A stretch of DNA of 64,000 nt from Octopus sinensis (GCF_006345805.1 NC_043003.1:85622001-85686000), one strand, 5' to 3'; counted from the stretch's first letter, positions 1 through 11,457 are shown. The notes: generated by a model from the sequence alone, not told the origin. Made by a program: numbers and translations.

Positions 1-164
1 ATGTGTGTATATATACATACACATGTGTGCGTATATGTATATATGTATATCATCATCATTTAACATCTGTGTTCCATGCTAGCATGGGGGTGGGGCACAG
101 TACCATAAGAGCATATACATTTATATGTATCTGTGTGTATATATATGTGTAGACGCAGTTTGGA

Positions 165-1860
165 TTCGTGCCAGGGAAAAGCACCACTGATGCCATATTT
201 CTGGTGAGACAGCTGCAGGAGAAATACCTAGCCAAAGATAAACCTCTGTACCTGGCTTTTGTCGACATGGAGAAAGCCTTTGACAGGGTCCCCCAATCCC
301 TTATCTGGTGGTCAATGAGGAAACTAGGGATAGATGAATGGTTAGTGAGAGCTGTACAAGCCATGTATAGGGACGCTGTTAGTAAGGTGAGGGTTGGTAA
401 CGAGTACAGTGAAGAATTCCGGGTAGAGGTTGGGGTCCACCAAGGTTCAGTCCTCAGCCCCCTCCTATTTATCATAGTCCTCCAAGCAATAACGGAGGAA
501 TTCAAGACAGGTTGCCCCTGGGAGCTCCTCTATGCTGATGACCTTGCTCTAATTGCTGAGTCACTATCAGAACTGGAGGAGAGGTTTCAGGTGTGGAAGC
601 AAGGATTAGAATCGAAGGGCCTTAGAGTCAACCTAGCTAAAACCAAAGTTCTAATAAGTAGGAAGGTAGACAAATCACAAACACCCTGAGGTAGATGGCC
701 CTGCTTGATCTGTAGAAAAGGCGTAGGTAGAAACTCTATAAGATGCACCAAGTGTAAGCTATGGACACATAAGAGGTGCAGCAATGTCAAAGGAAGGCTA
801 ACTAGGAAGATAGGTTTTGTATGTGGAAGATGCTCGGGAGCAATAAACACTGAAAATATGCAGAGACCATCTTCTACCACATTCCTTGGAGAAAAACTAG
901 AAATAGTTGATATCTTCCGTTACCTAGGTGACCAAATCAGCAGCAGGTGCGGGTGCGCTGAAAATGTAACTGATAGAGTAAGAATAGCCTGTGCAAAGTT
1001 CAGAGAGCTCTTGCCTCTGCTAGTGACAAAAGGCCTCTCGCTCAGAGTAAAAGGCAGATTGTATGACGCATGTGTACGAACAGCTATGCTACATGGCAGT
1101 GAAACATGGGCCGTGACTGCTGAGGATATGCTAAGCTTGCAAGAAATGAAGCCAGTATGCTCCGATGGATGTGTAATGTCAGTGTTCATACTTGACAGAG
1201 TGTAAGTACTTTGAGAGAAAAGTTGGACCTAAGAAGCATCAGTTGTGGTGTGCAAGAGAGACGTTTGTGCTGGTATGGTCATGTGGCGAGAATGGATGAA
1301 GATAGTTGTATGAAAAAGTGCCACACCCTAGCGGTTGAGGGAACCTGTGGAAGAGGTAGACCCAGGAAAACCTGGGACGAGGTGGTGAAGCACGACCTTC
1401 AAACTTTAGGTCTCGCCGAGGAAATGACTAGAGACCGAGACCTTTGGAAGTATGCTGTGCGTGAGAAGACCCAGCAGGGCAAGTGAGGCCATAATCCCGT
1501 GGCCTATACCTGGGATGTAGCCAGCCCACTTATGCTTTCCTTTCCTTCTTGGGACACAAAACTCCACTTGTGAAGACCTGTTGAGGCAAGTGAAAATCAA
1601 AATCGTAATCTGTTAACATCAATGGAATTTGTAGCTCTGATACCAGTGCCGGTGGCACATAAGAGAATCATTCGAACATGGCCGTAGCCAGCGCCGCCCG
1701 TCATAAAATTGGTGCATTTTACGTGCCACCAGCACGGAAGCCAGTCATGGCGGCGCTGGGATCGGCCATGATTCGGATGGTGCTTTTTACGTGCCACCGG
1801 CACGGAAGCCAGTCAAGGTGGCGCTGGCATCGGCCAGGCGGCGCTATCCCTAAAAATGAA
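165..1860 (+). mobile_element. 5'-truncated, degenerate RTE-clade LINE (RT domain, PHD-like finger, C-terminus, part of 3' UTR)
   Basis: ORF pieces 168-689, 705-1205 and 1211-1486 carry RT motifs GKSTTDAIF, FVDMEKAFD, GVHQGSVLSPLLF, LLYADDL, FRYLG and the RTE C-terminus (RRLCWYGHVARM, GRGRPRKTW). In-frame TGA at 687-689 and frameshifts. Confidence 0.92.
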
Positions 1861-2640
1861 AGGCAAAGTTAATTCTGGCTGAATTTGATTTTAAAGTTTA
1901 AAGAGCCAAAAGAAATACTGCTAAGCTGTATATTGCACTAATAATTCTGCCAGCTCACTGTCTTAATAATAACGATCATCCTTTTTATTATAAGCAAAAG
2001 GCTTGAAATTTTAGGGAACAGGGTTAGTCAATTATATTGAATCCAGTGCTCAGCTGGTACTTGTTTCATCAAACCTGAAAGGATGAAGTGCAAAGTTGAC
2101 CTTAGTGGAATTTGAACTCAGCACAATAATAACAATACTAATTCTTTCTACTATATAGGCTCAAGGCCTGAATAATAATAATAATAATAATGAAGATGGA
2201 GATGATGATGCTGATAAGGATGAAAGGCAAAGTTGACCTTGGTGGGATATGAACTCAGAACACAGTGCCAGATGAAATACTGCTAAGCATTTCATCCAGT
2301 GTGCTAATGATTCTGCCAGCTCACTTCCTTAATAATAATAATAATCAAACCCGTGAGTGTGTTAAATTAATAAGGCACTAAAAGAGAATGATTCTCCCAG
2401 AAACACACAAATTCAAATATAGAATCTTGCAAACCAGAAACGAAATAATAATAATGATAATAATAATAATAATAATAATAATAATTGTTTCTAATTTAGG
2501 CACAAGACCAAAAAATTTGAGAAGAAGGTGTTAATTAATACCACCAACCCCCAGTACTTGACTGGTATGTTATTTTACCAGCCCTGGAGGGATGAAAGTC
2601 AAAGTTGACATCAGCAAGATTTTGAACTCTGAAGACAAAA
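1850..2640 (-). mobile_element. Cluster of short SINE-like repeats (GAGCTGGCAGAAT...GTTCAAATTCC...AAGGTCAACTTTGCCTTTCATCC family) among (TAA)n tracts
   Basis: The same ~100-bp segment recurs several times here and at ~29020-29160, ~48970-49060 and ~60160-60240. Confidence 0.6.
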
Positions 2641-2909
2641 GCCTGTAACTAAATATTACATAGTATTTTGTCTGACACACTTGACCATTGCAGACAATAT
2701 ACACAATGTATAATGTTATGCAAAAGATTACAAAGCATGGGGATGTGTGTGTGCGTGGTTTGGGCAGTGAGTATGATGTCATCTGCAAGTCAAAGGTGTG
2801 TTAGTGGCTCGCCATTGATGTTCACACCACCTCCCCAGTCAATATCTCTGATGACTGTTTCTAAACACATAATGAAAAACATTGAAGACATGGTATCTCC
2901 TTGAGATAG

Positions 2910-3735
2910 AGTGAAATGGGCGGAGATTGCCGGAGATTGGCGGAATAGCATTTTGGGATATTTCCCAATAATGCTGGGTGTTAAAACACCTGGGAGAGAG
3001 GGAGATAGGCGTAGATAGAGTGAGATAGGAGGAGACATAGTGAGATAGGTGGAAATAGGCGAAGATTGGCAGATATTGGTTGAGATTGCTGGAGATAGGC
3101 GGAATAGCATTTTGGGAGATATCCCTATAATGCTGGGTGTTAAAACACCTGGAAGAGAGGGAGAGAGTGAGATTGGTGGAGAATGGCGTAGATGGGTGGA
3201 GGAGATTGGTGGAGATTGGTAGAAATTTGCGGAGATTGGCAGAGATACGTGGAGTTAAGCGGAGATAGGTGGAATAGCATTTTGGGAGATTTCCCAATAA
3301 TACTGGATGTTAAAACACCTGGGAGAGAGTGAGAAAAGCAGAGATAGAGTGAGATTGGCGAAGATTGATGGAGGTAGGCGGAATAGCATTTGGGGAGATT
3401 GCCCAATAATGTTGGGTGTTAAAACACCTGGGAGAGAGTGAGATAGGTGGCGATAGAGTGAGATTGGCGGAGTTTACCGGAGTTTGCCGGAGATTGCCGG
3501 AGTTTGCTGGAGATTGCCGGAGTTTTCCGGACATTGCCGGAGATTGCCGCTGATTGGCCGAGTTTGCTGGAGATTGCCAGAGTTTGCTGGAGATTGTTGG
3601 TCATTGCCGGAGTTTACCTGAGTTTGCAAGAGTTTGCCGGAGATAGCTGAATATTGGTGGAATAGCATTTTGGGAGATTTCCCAATAATGCTGGGTGTGA
3701 AAACCCCTGGGAGAGATTGAGATAGGCGGAGATAA
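2910..3735. repeat. Compound minisatellite: five ~59-bp constant units separated by variable runs of 10-bp GGAGATTGCC-type repeats
   Basis: The constant unit GGAATAGCATTTTGGGAGATTTCCCAATAATGCTGGGTGTTAAAACACCTGGGAGAGAG starts at 2942, 3101, 3271, 3380 and 3659. Confidence 0.9.
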
Positions 3736-3793
3736 AATAAAATAAAATAAAATAAAATGTAAAACTGAAATAATGAAATAAAACGAAAAAAAA

Positions 3794-4539
3794 GGATGTT
3801 TTCCTTTTGAACGGCAGACAATTTCTAGTTAACTAAACACTTTAAAACTTCGTATACTGGTAGAATGTGTCAAAATAAAACATTTTTTCTCTTGGCTTTC
3901 TTGAGAAAATTGTAATTTGTTTGTTTAACGTACTTTTTCGAATTGTTTAACATAATTTTTCGAATTTTAACCAATCCTATGCTCTCAAAAATCATTTGCT
4001 GCCTCTAAAACTGAGACAACATCCTGTAACTAACCCTAAACCACCCCTAACCCTAATTTTTTTTTTCTTAATTGTTAAATTAATTTAACTGTTGCGCGTG
4101 TAAAAAAAACTAAAGCAATGGAAAATAATTTAAACAATTAACAAACAAAATAATTCTATAATTTTATATACACGCTTCCCATATACGTACGGAAAGCGTG
4201 TGTATAAAATTTAGTTTTTTTTACACGCGTAACAATTAAATTAATTTAACAATTAAGAAAGAAAAATTTAGGGTTAGGGGAAGGTTTAGTGTTAGTTACA
4301 AGATGTTGTCTCAATTTTAGACGCAGCAAATTATTTTAGTTCAATGGAGGTAATCGATTGGTTAAAATTGCCGAAATGCTCGGATTTTCCGACGAAATAT
4401 CTTACAAACTATAGAATTTTCTCGATAAAACCAAGACAAAATGACGTTTTATAAACACATTCTACCAGTATACGAAGTTTAAAACTTTTTAGTTACCTAG
4501 AAATTATGTTACAAACTGCCGTTCAATAGGAAAAGATCC
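3794..4539. mobile_element. Fold-back MITE, GGATCTTTTCCTTTTGAACGGCA family
   Basis: The ends are reverse complements (GGATGTTTTCCTTTTGAACGGCAG ... CTGCCGTTCAATAGGAAAAGATCC). Imperfect palindrome over most of its length, with internal CCCTAA/TTAGGG motifs. Confidence 0.85.
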
Positions 4540-4596
4540 GAAAAAGAATAGTTCGCACGTTGGACAAAAGGCGTTTCTTTCTGCCGGAACAGTAAG

Positions 4597-4850
4597 TCAC
4601 GTGAACCTAAATACACCAACGCCGCTTGACAACCGGTGTTGGGTGACAAACATAGACAGAGGAACACACACACACAAACATAGGACAAACCTCTTTCGGT
4701 TTCTGACGTTCATAAGACTTTGATCGGTCCGAGGCTGCAGTTGAAGACACTTGTCCAAAGTTCCACGCAGGGGGACTGAACCCGGAACCTTGTAGTTGGC
4801 AATCAAACTTCTTACTCCGCAGCCAGGCCGTTATGTGTGTGTATGTGTTC
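4597..4850 (-). mobile_element. tRNA-derived SINE (family 1 variant)
   Basis: Reverse complement of the head GGCTGCGGAGTAAGAAGTTTG...GGTTCCGGGTTCAGTCCCCCTGCGTGG...TTGGACAAGTGTCTTC, as in the family-1 copies. Confidence 0.7.
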
Positions 4851-4961
4851 GTCCGCACACCACTTGAAAACCGATGTTGGTTTGTTTACGTTTCCGTTAC
4901 CTTGTGGTTCGGCAAAGATATCGATATAATAAGTACCAAGCTTCAAAAAGAAAAAAAAAAG

Positions 4962-5280
4962 GGATCTTTTCCTTTTGAACGGCACTTTGTAACATAATTT
5001 CTAGTTAACTAAACACTTTTAAACTTCGTATACTGGTAGAGTGTGTTTATAAAACATTTTTTTTCTTGGCTTTATTGAGAAAATTTTATAGGTTGTAATA
5101 TATTTCGTCTCAATTTTCGAGCATTTCGGCAATTTTAACCAATCGCTGGAGTCCATTTAGGTTAACAACATTCCGTGCTGTATGAATATGTCCCTCGTTT
5201 AAGAAACAGATTGGGTTTATTTACATTTGTGAAGAAAAAAATATACCCTTCCCCAAAGTTCTGGGGTAGATTTGTTCGAC
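4962..5280. mobile_element. Left arm of GGATC-family MITE
   Basis: Near-identical to 6543-6840; no right terminus seen. Confidence 0.75.
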
Positions 5281-6079
5281 TAAAATTATTCAAACCGGTT
5301 ACCCCAGCATTCTTGCAGTCTAATGACTGCATCAAGAAAAGAAAAAAATTAAGTACATCCTCTGAAAAGTATTTGTAGAAAATTTCTATTAAAAAATATC
5401 AATTTCCCTCAAAGTTATGGCGAAATAAAGGCGGAGATAGGGCGAAGGACATACTAATGTGGGTAAACCCAAAGGTTAAAGATGTTTGGTTTAGGGAATA
5501 TCATAACATGCCCGCAGTTAAATTTAAAACTTAGTCCTACTTGTAACTTCTTGTTACAGGTAGGAGTAAGTTTAAATGGCCAGAATGGTTCAGAAGTTCG
5601 CTTCGCAACAAAAAACGCCTGGATTGGATCTTACTGTGTAACCTCTTAGACAAATATAATTTATTATTATTATTATTATTATTATTTTCTTTATAGTTTT
5701 GGGTCTGTCGATACCGTTGTGAACGAAATTGCGTAAACGGAAACTGTATGGGTGGAGTATACTTCTAATTCAAAAATAATAGCTTTGACATACACTCTGT
5801 CATGTCAACTCTTCCTGAGGAGCACATGAAGGGCACATGTGTCTGTGAGATACTCAACCACTTATGCGTTAATTTAATCGCAGGTAATTCTGTTGATCGG
5901 ACAACCAAATCCTCATTATTGAACAACCAAAATCCATCACTACCAAGACGACAATTATATTTACAGTTAAAGGGAAATAACTAAGGCAGTTTTTCACCTA
6001 AATTATCTCCCTTCCACCAGGCATGAGTAATGTAATTCGGTAGGTTATATTTTGGAAAAATAAATTACCCGCTCAAATA

Positions 6080-6297
6080 CGACGTAATGCTGAAGAGTTT
6101 CCGGCTTTGGGCAAAAGAAAATACAGGAGGATCAGTTAATTATGATTTTATTCAACATATTTCTCTCTCAGATTCACATACTCATTGCAGCAGTCCTTCA
6201 GTTTTTCTAAGCCTTGTAAAAGAACTCGGATGGTTGGGCTTCCAATCTGGACTTTCGTGATACCCTTAAAAACAGGAACTTTCCCAACACCCTCTTG
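6080..6297. mobile_element. Tc1/mariner-type MITE (degenerate)
   Basis: Same internal sequence as 52216-52404. Degenerate TIRs (…GCTGAAGAGTTTCCGG / …AGGAACTTTCCCAACACCC) with TA flanks. Confidence 0.6.
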
Positions 6298-6542
6298 TAT
6301 GGGTAGCTTATTTGATTTAGGGGTGCTAATTTCGTATCTGTTTCTAGCTTTTTCGAATCAAAGTTCTTTCCCCCCCCCTTCTTTCAGACAGCGTTTTCAA
6401 ATTTTATCAATATAGTTGTATATAAAATGCATAGCATACAATTATATGATATAATAGCCAGAATAGAATAATTTTAGCGTTTGAAGATACGATCTATTCC
6501 ATTTTCATTTATATACGACATTATGTTTATAGTTAAGAAAAG

Positions 6543-7350
6543 GGATCTTTTCCTTTTGAACGGCACTTTGTAACATAATTTCTAGTTAACTAAACACTTT
6601 TAAACTTCGTATACTGGTTGAATGTGTTTATAAAACATCAGTTTTTTCTTGGCTTTATTGAGAAAATTCTATAGTTTGTAATGTATTTCGTCTGAAATTT
6701 CGAGCATTTCGGCAATTTTAACCAATCGTTGGAGTCCATTTAGGTAAACAACATTGCGTGCTGTGTGAATATGTCCCTCATTTAAGAAACAGATTGGGTT
6801 TATTAACATTTGCGAAGAAAAAAATATACCCTTCCCCCACCCCTAACCCTGAAATAGATTGAAATGCAATAGATCGATACTAGGGTTATAATTATGGGTG
6901 ACAATTTCATATGACACTGCTACGGAAAATGGGATTTTTTTCTAGCAGTGTCAAATGAAATTGTCACCCATAATTATAACCCTAGTATCGATCTATTGCA
7001 TTTCAATCTATTTTAGGGTTAGTTTAGAGTTATGGCTAGGGTTAGGGTTGGGGGTGGGGGAAGGGTATCTTTTTTCTTTGCAAATGTAAATAAACTCAAT
7101 CTGTTTCTTAAAGGAGGGACATATTCATACAGCACGGAATGTTGTTTACCTAAATGGACTCCAGCGATTGGTTAAAATTGCCGAAATGCTCGAAATTTCA
7201 GACGAAATATCTTGCAAACTATAGAATTTTCTCAATAAAGCCAAGAAAAAAATGATGTTTTATAAACACATTCTACCAGTATACGAATTTTAAAAGTGTT
7301 TAGTTAACTAGAAATTGTGTTCACATGTGCTGTTCAAAAGGAAAAGATCC
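6543..7350. mobile_element. Complete fold-back MITE, GGATC family, 8-bp TSD
   Basis: TIRs GGATCTTTTCCTTTTGAAC ... GTTCAAAAGGAAAAGATCC. AAGAAAAG duplicated at 6535-6542 and 7351-7358. Palindromic throughout. Confidence 0.9.
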
Positions 7351-7624
7351 AAGAAAAGTAGATATATTTTGAAAAAATTTATTAAAAATAAAATAAATCT
7401 TTAGCGCAAATGCAGATGTTCCTGCACTATTTAGCCACGTAAAAGAAAAGAAAAAAACAGAAAGATGAAAACACAACAGCCACCACTGAAATAATGCACA
7501 CAGTGTATGCATAACATAACCCAGCCAACAAATTTTGTCCATTTTATTTTAATCCAGCGTCCAAAGATGTAGATTAAGCATACGTCCAATGTGTGCTGTT
7601 TAATCTTTCTCAAGCAGTTATTAT

Positions 7625-7658
<34 letters not shown>

Positions 7659-8029
7659 AATTATTGTATACAGTGCTCAGGTGCACCACAACTTGTCAGA
7701 AAGTGTGTATAAAGTATATGCAGTAATGTACAAATGTCTGGAAAGCAAACAATGTATGAGTCAGATACATGCTTGTGTGTGTATGGAGGGGAGAAAATCA
7801 GGTGTAGTGTTGGCAAATCTCAGAAAGCACGAAAGTTTTGAAGGATGCAGTGCTCCGACAACTAACGACTGATGCCGGCAATTTGTTCCATGCTTCAGCA
7901 ACTCTCAGTGTGAAAAAATGTTTCCTAAAGTCATGGGAGCTGTGCTGTTTTCTGACTTTGTAAACATGTCCACGGGTGTTAGACAGGTGGAGTTTGAAAA
8001 GGTGCTCAGAGTTATTGTTTGTAAGATGG

Positions 8030-8282
8030 TGTAGTGTGAATGATGAAAAAGGACAACAGAAAAGGAGAAAGGAAATACAATTAGGTCTTACCTCGGCGAA
8101 GATTAGTCTACCAAAAACTCAGCGAAGATCAGATCTCTCTCGATACGTCTCGTCCCTTCCTCGTGTGAGCTCCAACTGCCGCTTCGTCGATCCCACACCA
8201 CTTCCGCATCCTGCCGCGCATGCGCCCTGCAAGCCCTATTTCCGCCCTCCCCTCATCTGTCGTCCTCTCCACCGACACCACA
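8030..8282 (-). repeat. 3' LTR (253 bp)
   Basis: Direct repeat of 10076-10344; about 8 substitutions plus one 16-bp indel by eye. Confidence 0.95.
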
Positions 8283-8348
8283 CGCCCCCCTGATCTATAG
8301 ATCACTGAACTGGCTTTCTCACTCGCTCCCCGCTCCCAAACTCGCACC

Positions 8349-9080
8349 TTAACTGGTTTCATAATCAGCCAACCGGGGAGGAGGGTGCCGTTCCCTCTGT
8401 GGTTGCAGTGCGACCCTAGGACTTGTTCCTGGTATGTTGCTGCTGGCCTCATCATCCTGTCTACTGGTGTTGTTTTCATCTTGCCCACTGCTGCTGGTCC
8501 CATCCTCTGAGGTATGGACAATCCTCCGTATATCCAAAACGTGGCGTGGCATACCATCGACCGAGATGTTATTCTTTGAATTTACAGAGGGTATTGTCCC
8601 CCTTCCCCATTGTGATGTACACTGTGCGTTTGGGGGTTTTACCCAGACTTCCTCCCCGACCTGCACGAAGGCGTGCTCTTCCTCTGCTCCGGGTCGCATT
8701 GATGTAATACACAGATGCCTCCACTCGTACCTGAATATTGCCCTGTGTGACACCGACTCCTCAGCATGTCCTGATCTGGGTGACATATTGTACCAAAATA
8801 CGGCCTTGATTGGTGAAATGTGACCCCTCTCTGCCATGGCCTTGATGGTACGATGATGCCTTTCCACCACCCCATTTCCACTTGGCCGGTATGCCGCCCT
8901 GAAGAAGCGGTTGACCTTCCACTCATCAAGCATTTCTTTCAGCACATCGAAGTGAAATACAGTGCCATTGTCCAGAAACAGTTCATCCACGGGGCCTCGT
9001 TCCAGGAATATCTCATTCAACACTTTCACAATTTCTTCTGTGGTCCCTGTCTTCATCTCCCTCCATATGGCCAACCGCAA
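8349..9080 (-). pseudogene. Gypsy integrase core and C-terminus (first catalytic Asp region lost)
   Basis: ELFLDNGTVF (second D), [13 protein letters not shown] (E), WYNMSP, VWVKPP...W. Confidence 0.9.
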
Positions 9081-9089
9081 TCGCTCACA

Positions 9090-10035
9090 ACGTCAGCTGT
9101 AGTCCCTGCACTACAATCTGCGCATCTGTAACCCCTTCACAGTGTACTTCTCTTCCGTTGACAGCCCTAACATGCTTCCTCCACTCCACGTCTCTGCCAC
9201 TTCTGTAGTTATCAGGGTCGTTGTATAGCCCATGTACACAAGGGCTCGCGACATCTTCCCCTCCACAGGTAGCGATGATAAGCGCACCTCTACTGATCCG
9301 AAGGGACGACTAGTGGCGCAGTAGTCTCCCGCAGTCCGTTTCCCCGCAGACACTCGCTGGCTATATGCCCCAGCTCTCGACACCGGTAGCAAATCACCTC
9401 AGGCTTGGGTGACAGGCAGTCACGCACCATGTGTGGACCTTGGCACCGGAAACACTGTCCTTTGAATGGTTGCACATGTTCTTTCTTTAGCCCCTCTCCG
9501 CTGCTCCTAGCTGGGTCACTTTTTGACATTGCAGTCGCTGCTACCGACGTCATCCTGCTGCACGAAACTAGTACGCGTGCCCGAGATATGATGTCCGCCA
9601 TCGGCATCGAATGCACATTCGGAAGCTTCTGTAGCTCGACCAACATGTTGTCGGGAAAGCCAATCACGAATGCCAACCTAACCGTCCGGTCCAGCAACTC
9701 TCCCTCATAACCCGCCAGTTTAGCCAGTCTTCTAAGTTCATTGGCAAACACATCCATCTCGTTCTACCCAGGCGAGCATATGCCTCGAACATTCCCTCCG
9801 CAAAGGCCTCCATCAACCGGATTTCTACTTTCTCCGCGCTGAGTTGGTCCGTCTCCTCCATCTCTAAATACAATGCCAACGCCGGGCCATCCAAGTACAG
9901 TGGCATGAAGCTCACCAGGTCACCTATACCATGGAGCTTCGCCACCAACTTCGCTTTCTTCAGCCAAGCGACTACATCTGTGTCGCCGCAAAACGGTGTT
10001 ATAAGTTCGTGCGAAACACGGGCACTCTTCATCAT
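9090..10035 (-). pseudogene. Gypsy gag (frameshifted near 9770) plus decayed aspartic protease
   Basis: DVVAWLKKAKLVAKL, zinc knuckles CFRCQGPHMVRDC and CYRCRELGHIASEC, and RALVYMGYTT where the D(T/S)G protease motif is expected. Confidence 0.85.
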
Positions 10036-10063
10036 TTTTATTTATAAAACCGATTGTTTATAT

Positions 10064-10075
10064 GCCGAAATAGCT
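10064..10075 (-). promoter_or_regulatory. Primer-binding site complementary to nt 1-12 of cytosolic tRNA-Phe(GAA)
   Basis: The + strand reads GCCGAAATAGCT directly abutting the 5' LTR, identical to the 5' end of metazoan tRNA-Phe (GCCGAAAUAGCUCAG...). Confidence 0.7.
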
Positions 10076-10344
10076 TGTGGTGTGAATGATGAAAAAGGAC
10101 AACAGAAAAGGAGAAAGGAAATACAATTAGGTCTTACCTCGGCGAAGATTAGTCTACCAAAAACTCAGCGAAGATCAGATCTCTCTCGATACGTCTCGTC
10201 CCTTCCTCGTGTGAGCTCCAACTGCCGCTTCGTCGATCCCACATGTGCGTCGTCCCTCACCACTTCCGCGTCCTGCCGTGCATGTGCCCTGCAAGCCATA
10301 CTTCTGCCCTCCCCTCATCTGTCGTCCTCTCTACCGACACCACA
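10076..10344 (-). repeat. 5' LTR (269 bp)
   Basis: Direct repeat of 8030-8282. Confidence 0.95.
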
Positions 10345-10739
10345 GATGGTTAATAATTTCAGGTAGTGTTTCTCCACCATTTTAAAAATCTCAAGCTCCA
10401 CTTCATACATGTGTGTGTACGTGTGTGTATTTGCTCGCTTGCTTCGTGTTCTTGCTTGATGGGACTGGGGTCATCCCAGGCTGGTGGTCCCAGAGACATA
10501 ATCTTGGGTAGATCCGACCAGGTTCAACCCCTTTGCATCATCCAAGATGACGTTAAGCCTCCAGAGATCTTCCGTAATCTTGTGTGAGGCCTCTTTCAAT
10601 CCACTGCTGCTGTACCGAATGTGAGTAAGACCTGGTATGTATGCATATATATATATATATAAGTTCGGCAAAATTTAAATTCAGATGAATATGGTACTTA
10701 AGTTAAAGGCACCAGATTTTGTATGGTACTATCCATATA

Positions 10740-11457
10740 AAGCTGGACCTAAGAAGCATCAGTTGTGGTGTGCAAGAGAGTCGTTTGCGCTGGTATGGTC
10801 ATGTGGCGAGAATGGATGAAGATAGTTATGTGAAAAAGTGCCATACCCTAATGGTTGAGGGAACCTGTGGAAGAGGCAGACCCAGGAAAACCTGGGACGA
10901 GGTGGTGAAGCACGACCTTCGAACTTTAGGTCTCACTGAGGAAATGACTAGAGACCGAGACCTTTGGAAGTGTGCTGTGCGTGAGAAGACCCAGCAGGAC
11001 AAGTGAGACAATAACCCGGGATGTGCCAGTCCATTTATGCATACCTTTCCTTCTGGGGACACAAAACTCTACTTGTGAAGACCTGTTGAGGCAAGTGAGA
11101 ATCAAAATCGATCAACATCAATGGAAATTGCAGCTGTGATACTAGTGCCGGTGGCACGTAAGAGAACCATCCGAACATGGCCGTTGCCAGCACCACCCCG
11201 ACTGGCCTCGTGCAAGTGGCACGTAAAAAGCACCATCCAATCGTGGCTGTTTGCCAGCCTCGTCTGGCACCTGTGCAGAGGCACGTAAAAAGCACCCACT
11301 ACACTCACGGAGTGGTTGGCATTAGGAAGGGCATCCAGCCGTAGAAACATTGCCAGATCAGACTGGGCCTGGTGCAGCCTTCTGGCTTCCCAGACCCCAG
11401 TTGAACCGTCCAACCCATGCTAGCATGGAAAGCGGACACTAAACGATGATGATGATG
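10740..11457 (+). mobile_element. RTE LINE 3' fragment with complete 3' UTR and (GAT)n tail
   Basis: ORF 10719-11006 is nearly identical to 1211-1486 and runs into the GGCACGTAAAAAGCACC...CCATGCTAGCATGG...GATGATGAT tail. This shows the abundant tail repeat is an RTE 3' UTR. Confidence 0.9.

Larger units (their letters stand above)
8030..10344 (-). mobile_element. Two-LTR, internally deleted (RT/RNaseH-less) Ty3/Gypsy LTR retrotransposon
   Basis: LTRs 8030-8282 and 10076-10344 with TG...CA ends, 5-bp TSD GATGG (8025-8029, 10345-10349), PPT AGGGGGGCG next to the 3' LTR, and gag, protease and integrase remnants. Confidence 0.95.
7625..10385 (-). mobile_element. 3' fragment of a CR1-type LINE, interrupted by the Gypsy insertion (CR1 parts ~7625-8029 and ~10345-10385)
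   Basis: Minus-strand translation ...SNTRGHVYKVRKQHSSHDFRKHFFTLRVAEAWNKLPASVVSC...FK matches the CR1 ORF2 C-terminus. (ATT)n tail at ~7625-7655. Confidence 0.8.

Noticed and set aside
56-505. 149-aa minus-strand ORF (and similar antisense ORFs at 13888-14124, 8434-8823, 26379-26777)
   Set aside because: Antisense shadows of RTE and integrase coding sequence.
2910-3735. CRISPR-like array (constant palindromic repeat with variable spacers)
   Set aside because: Spacers are runs of one degenerate 10-mer rather than unique sequences, repeats are ~59 bp, the context is eukaryotic and there are no cas genes. The overlapping ORFs are repeat artefacts.
7976-8293. ORFs overlapping the LTRs (also 9905-10366)
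   Set aside because: Read through LTR sequence on the non-coding strand; no protein motifs.
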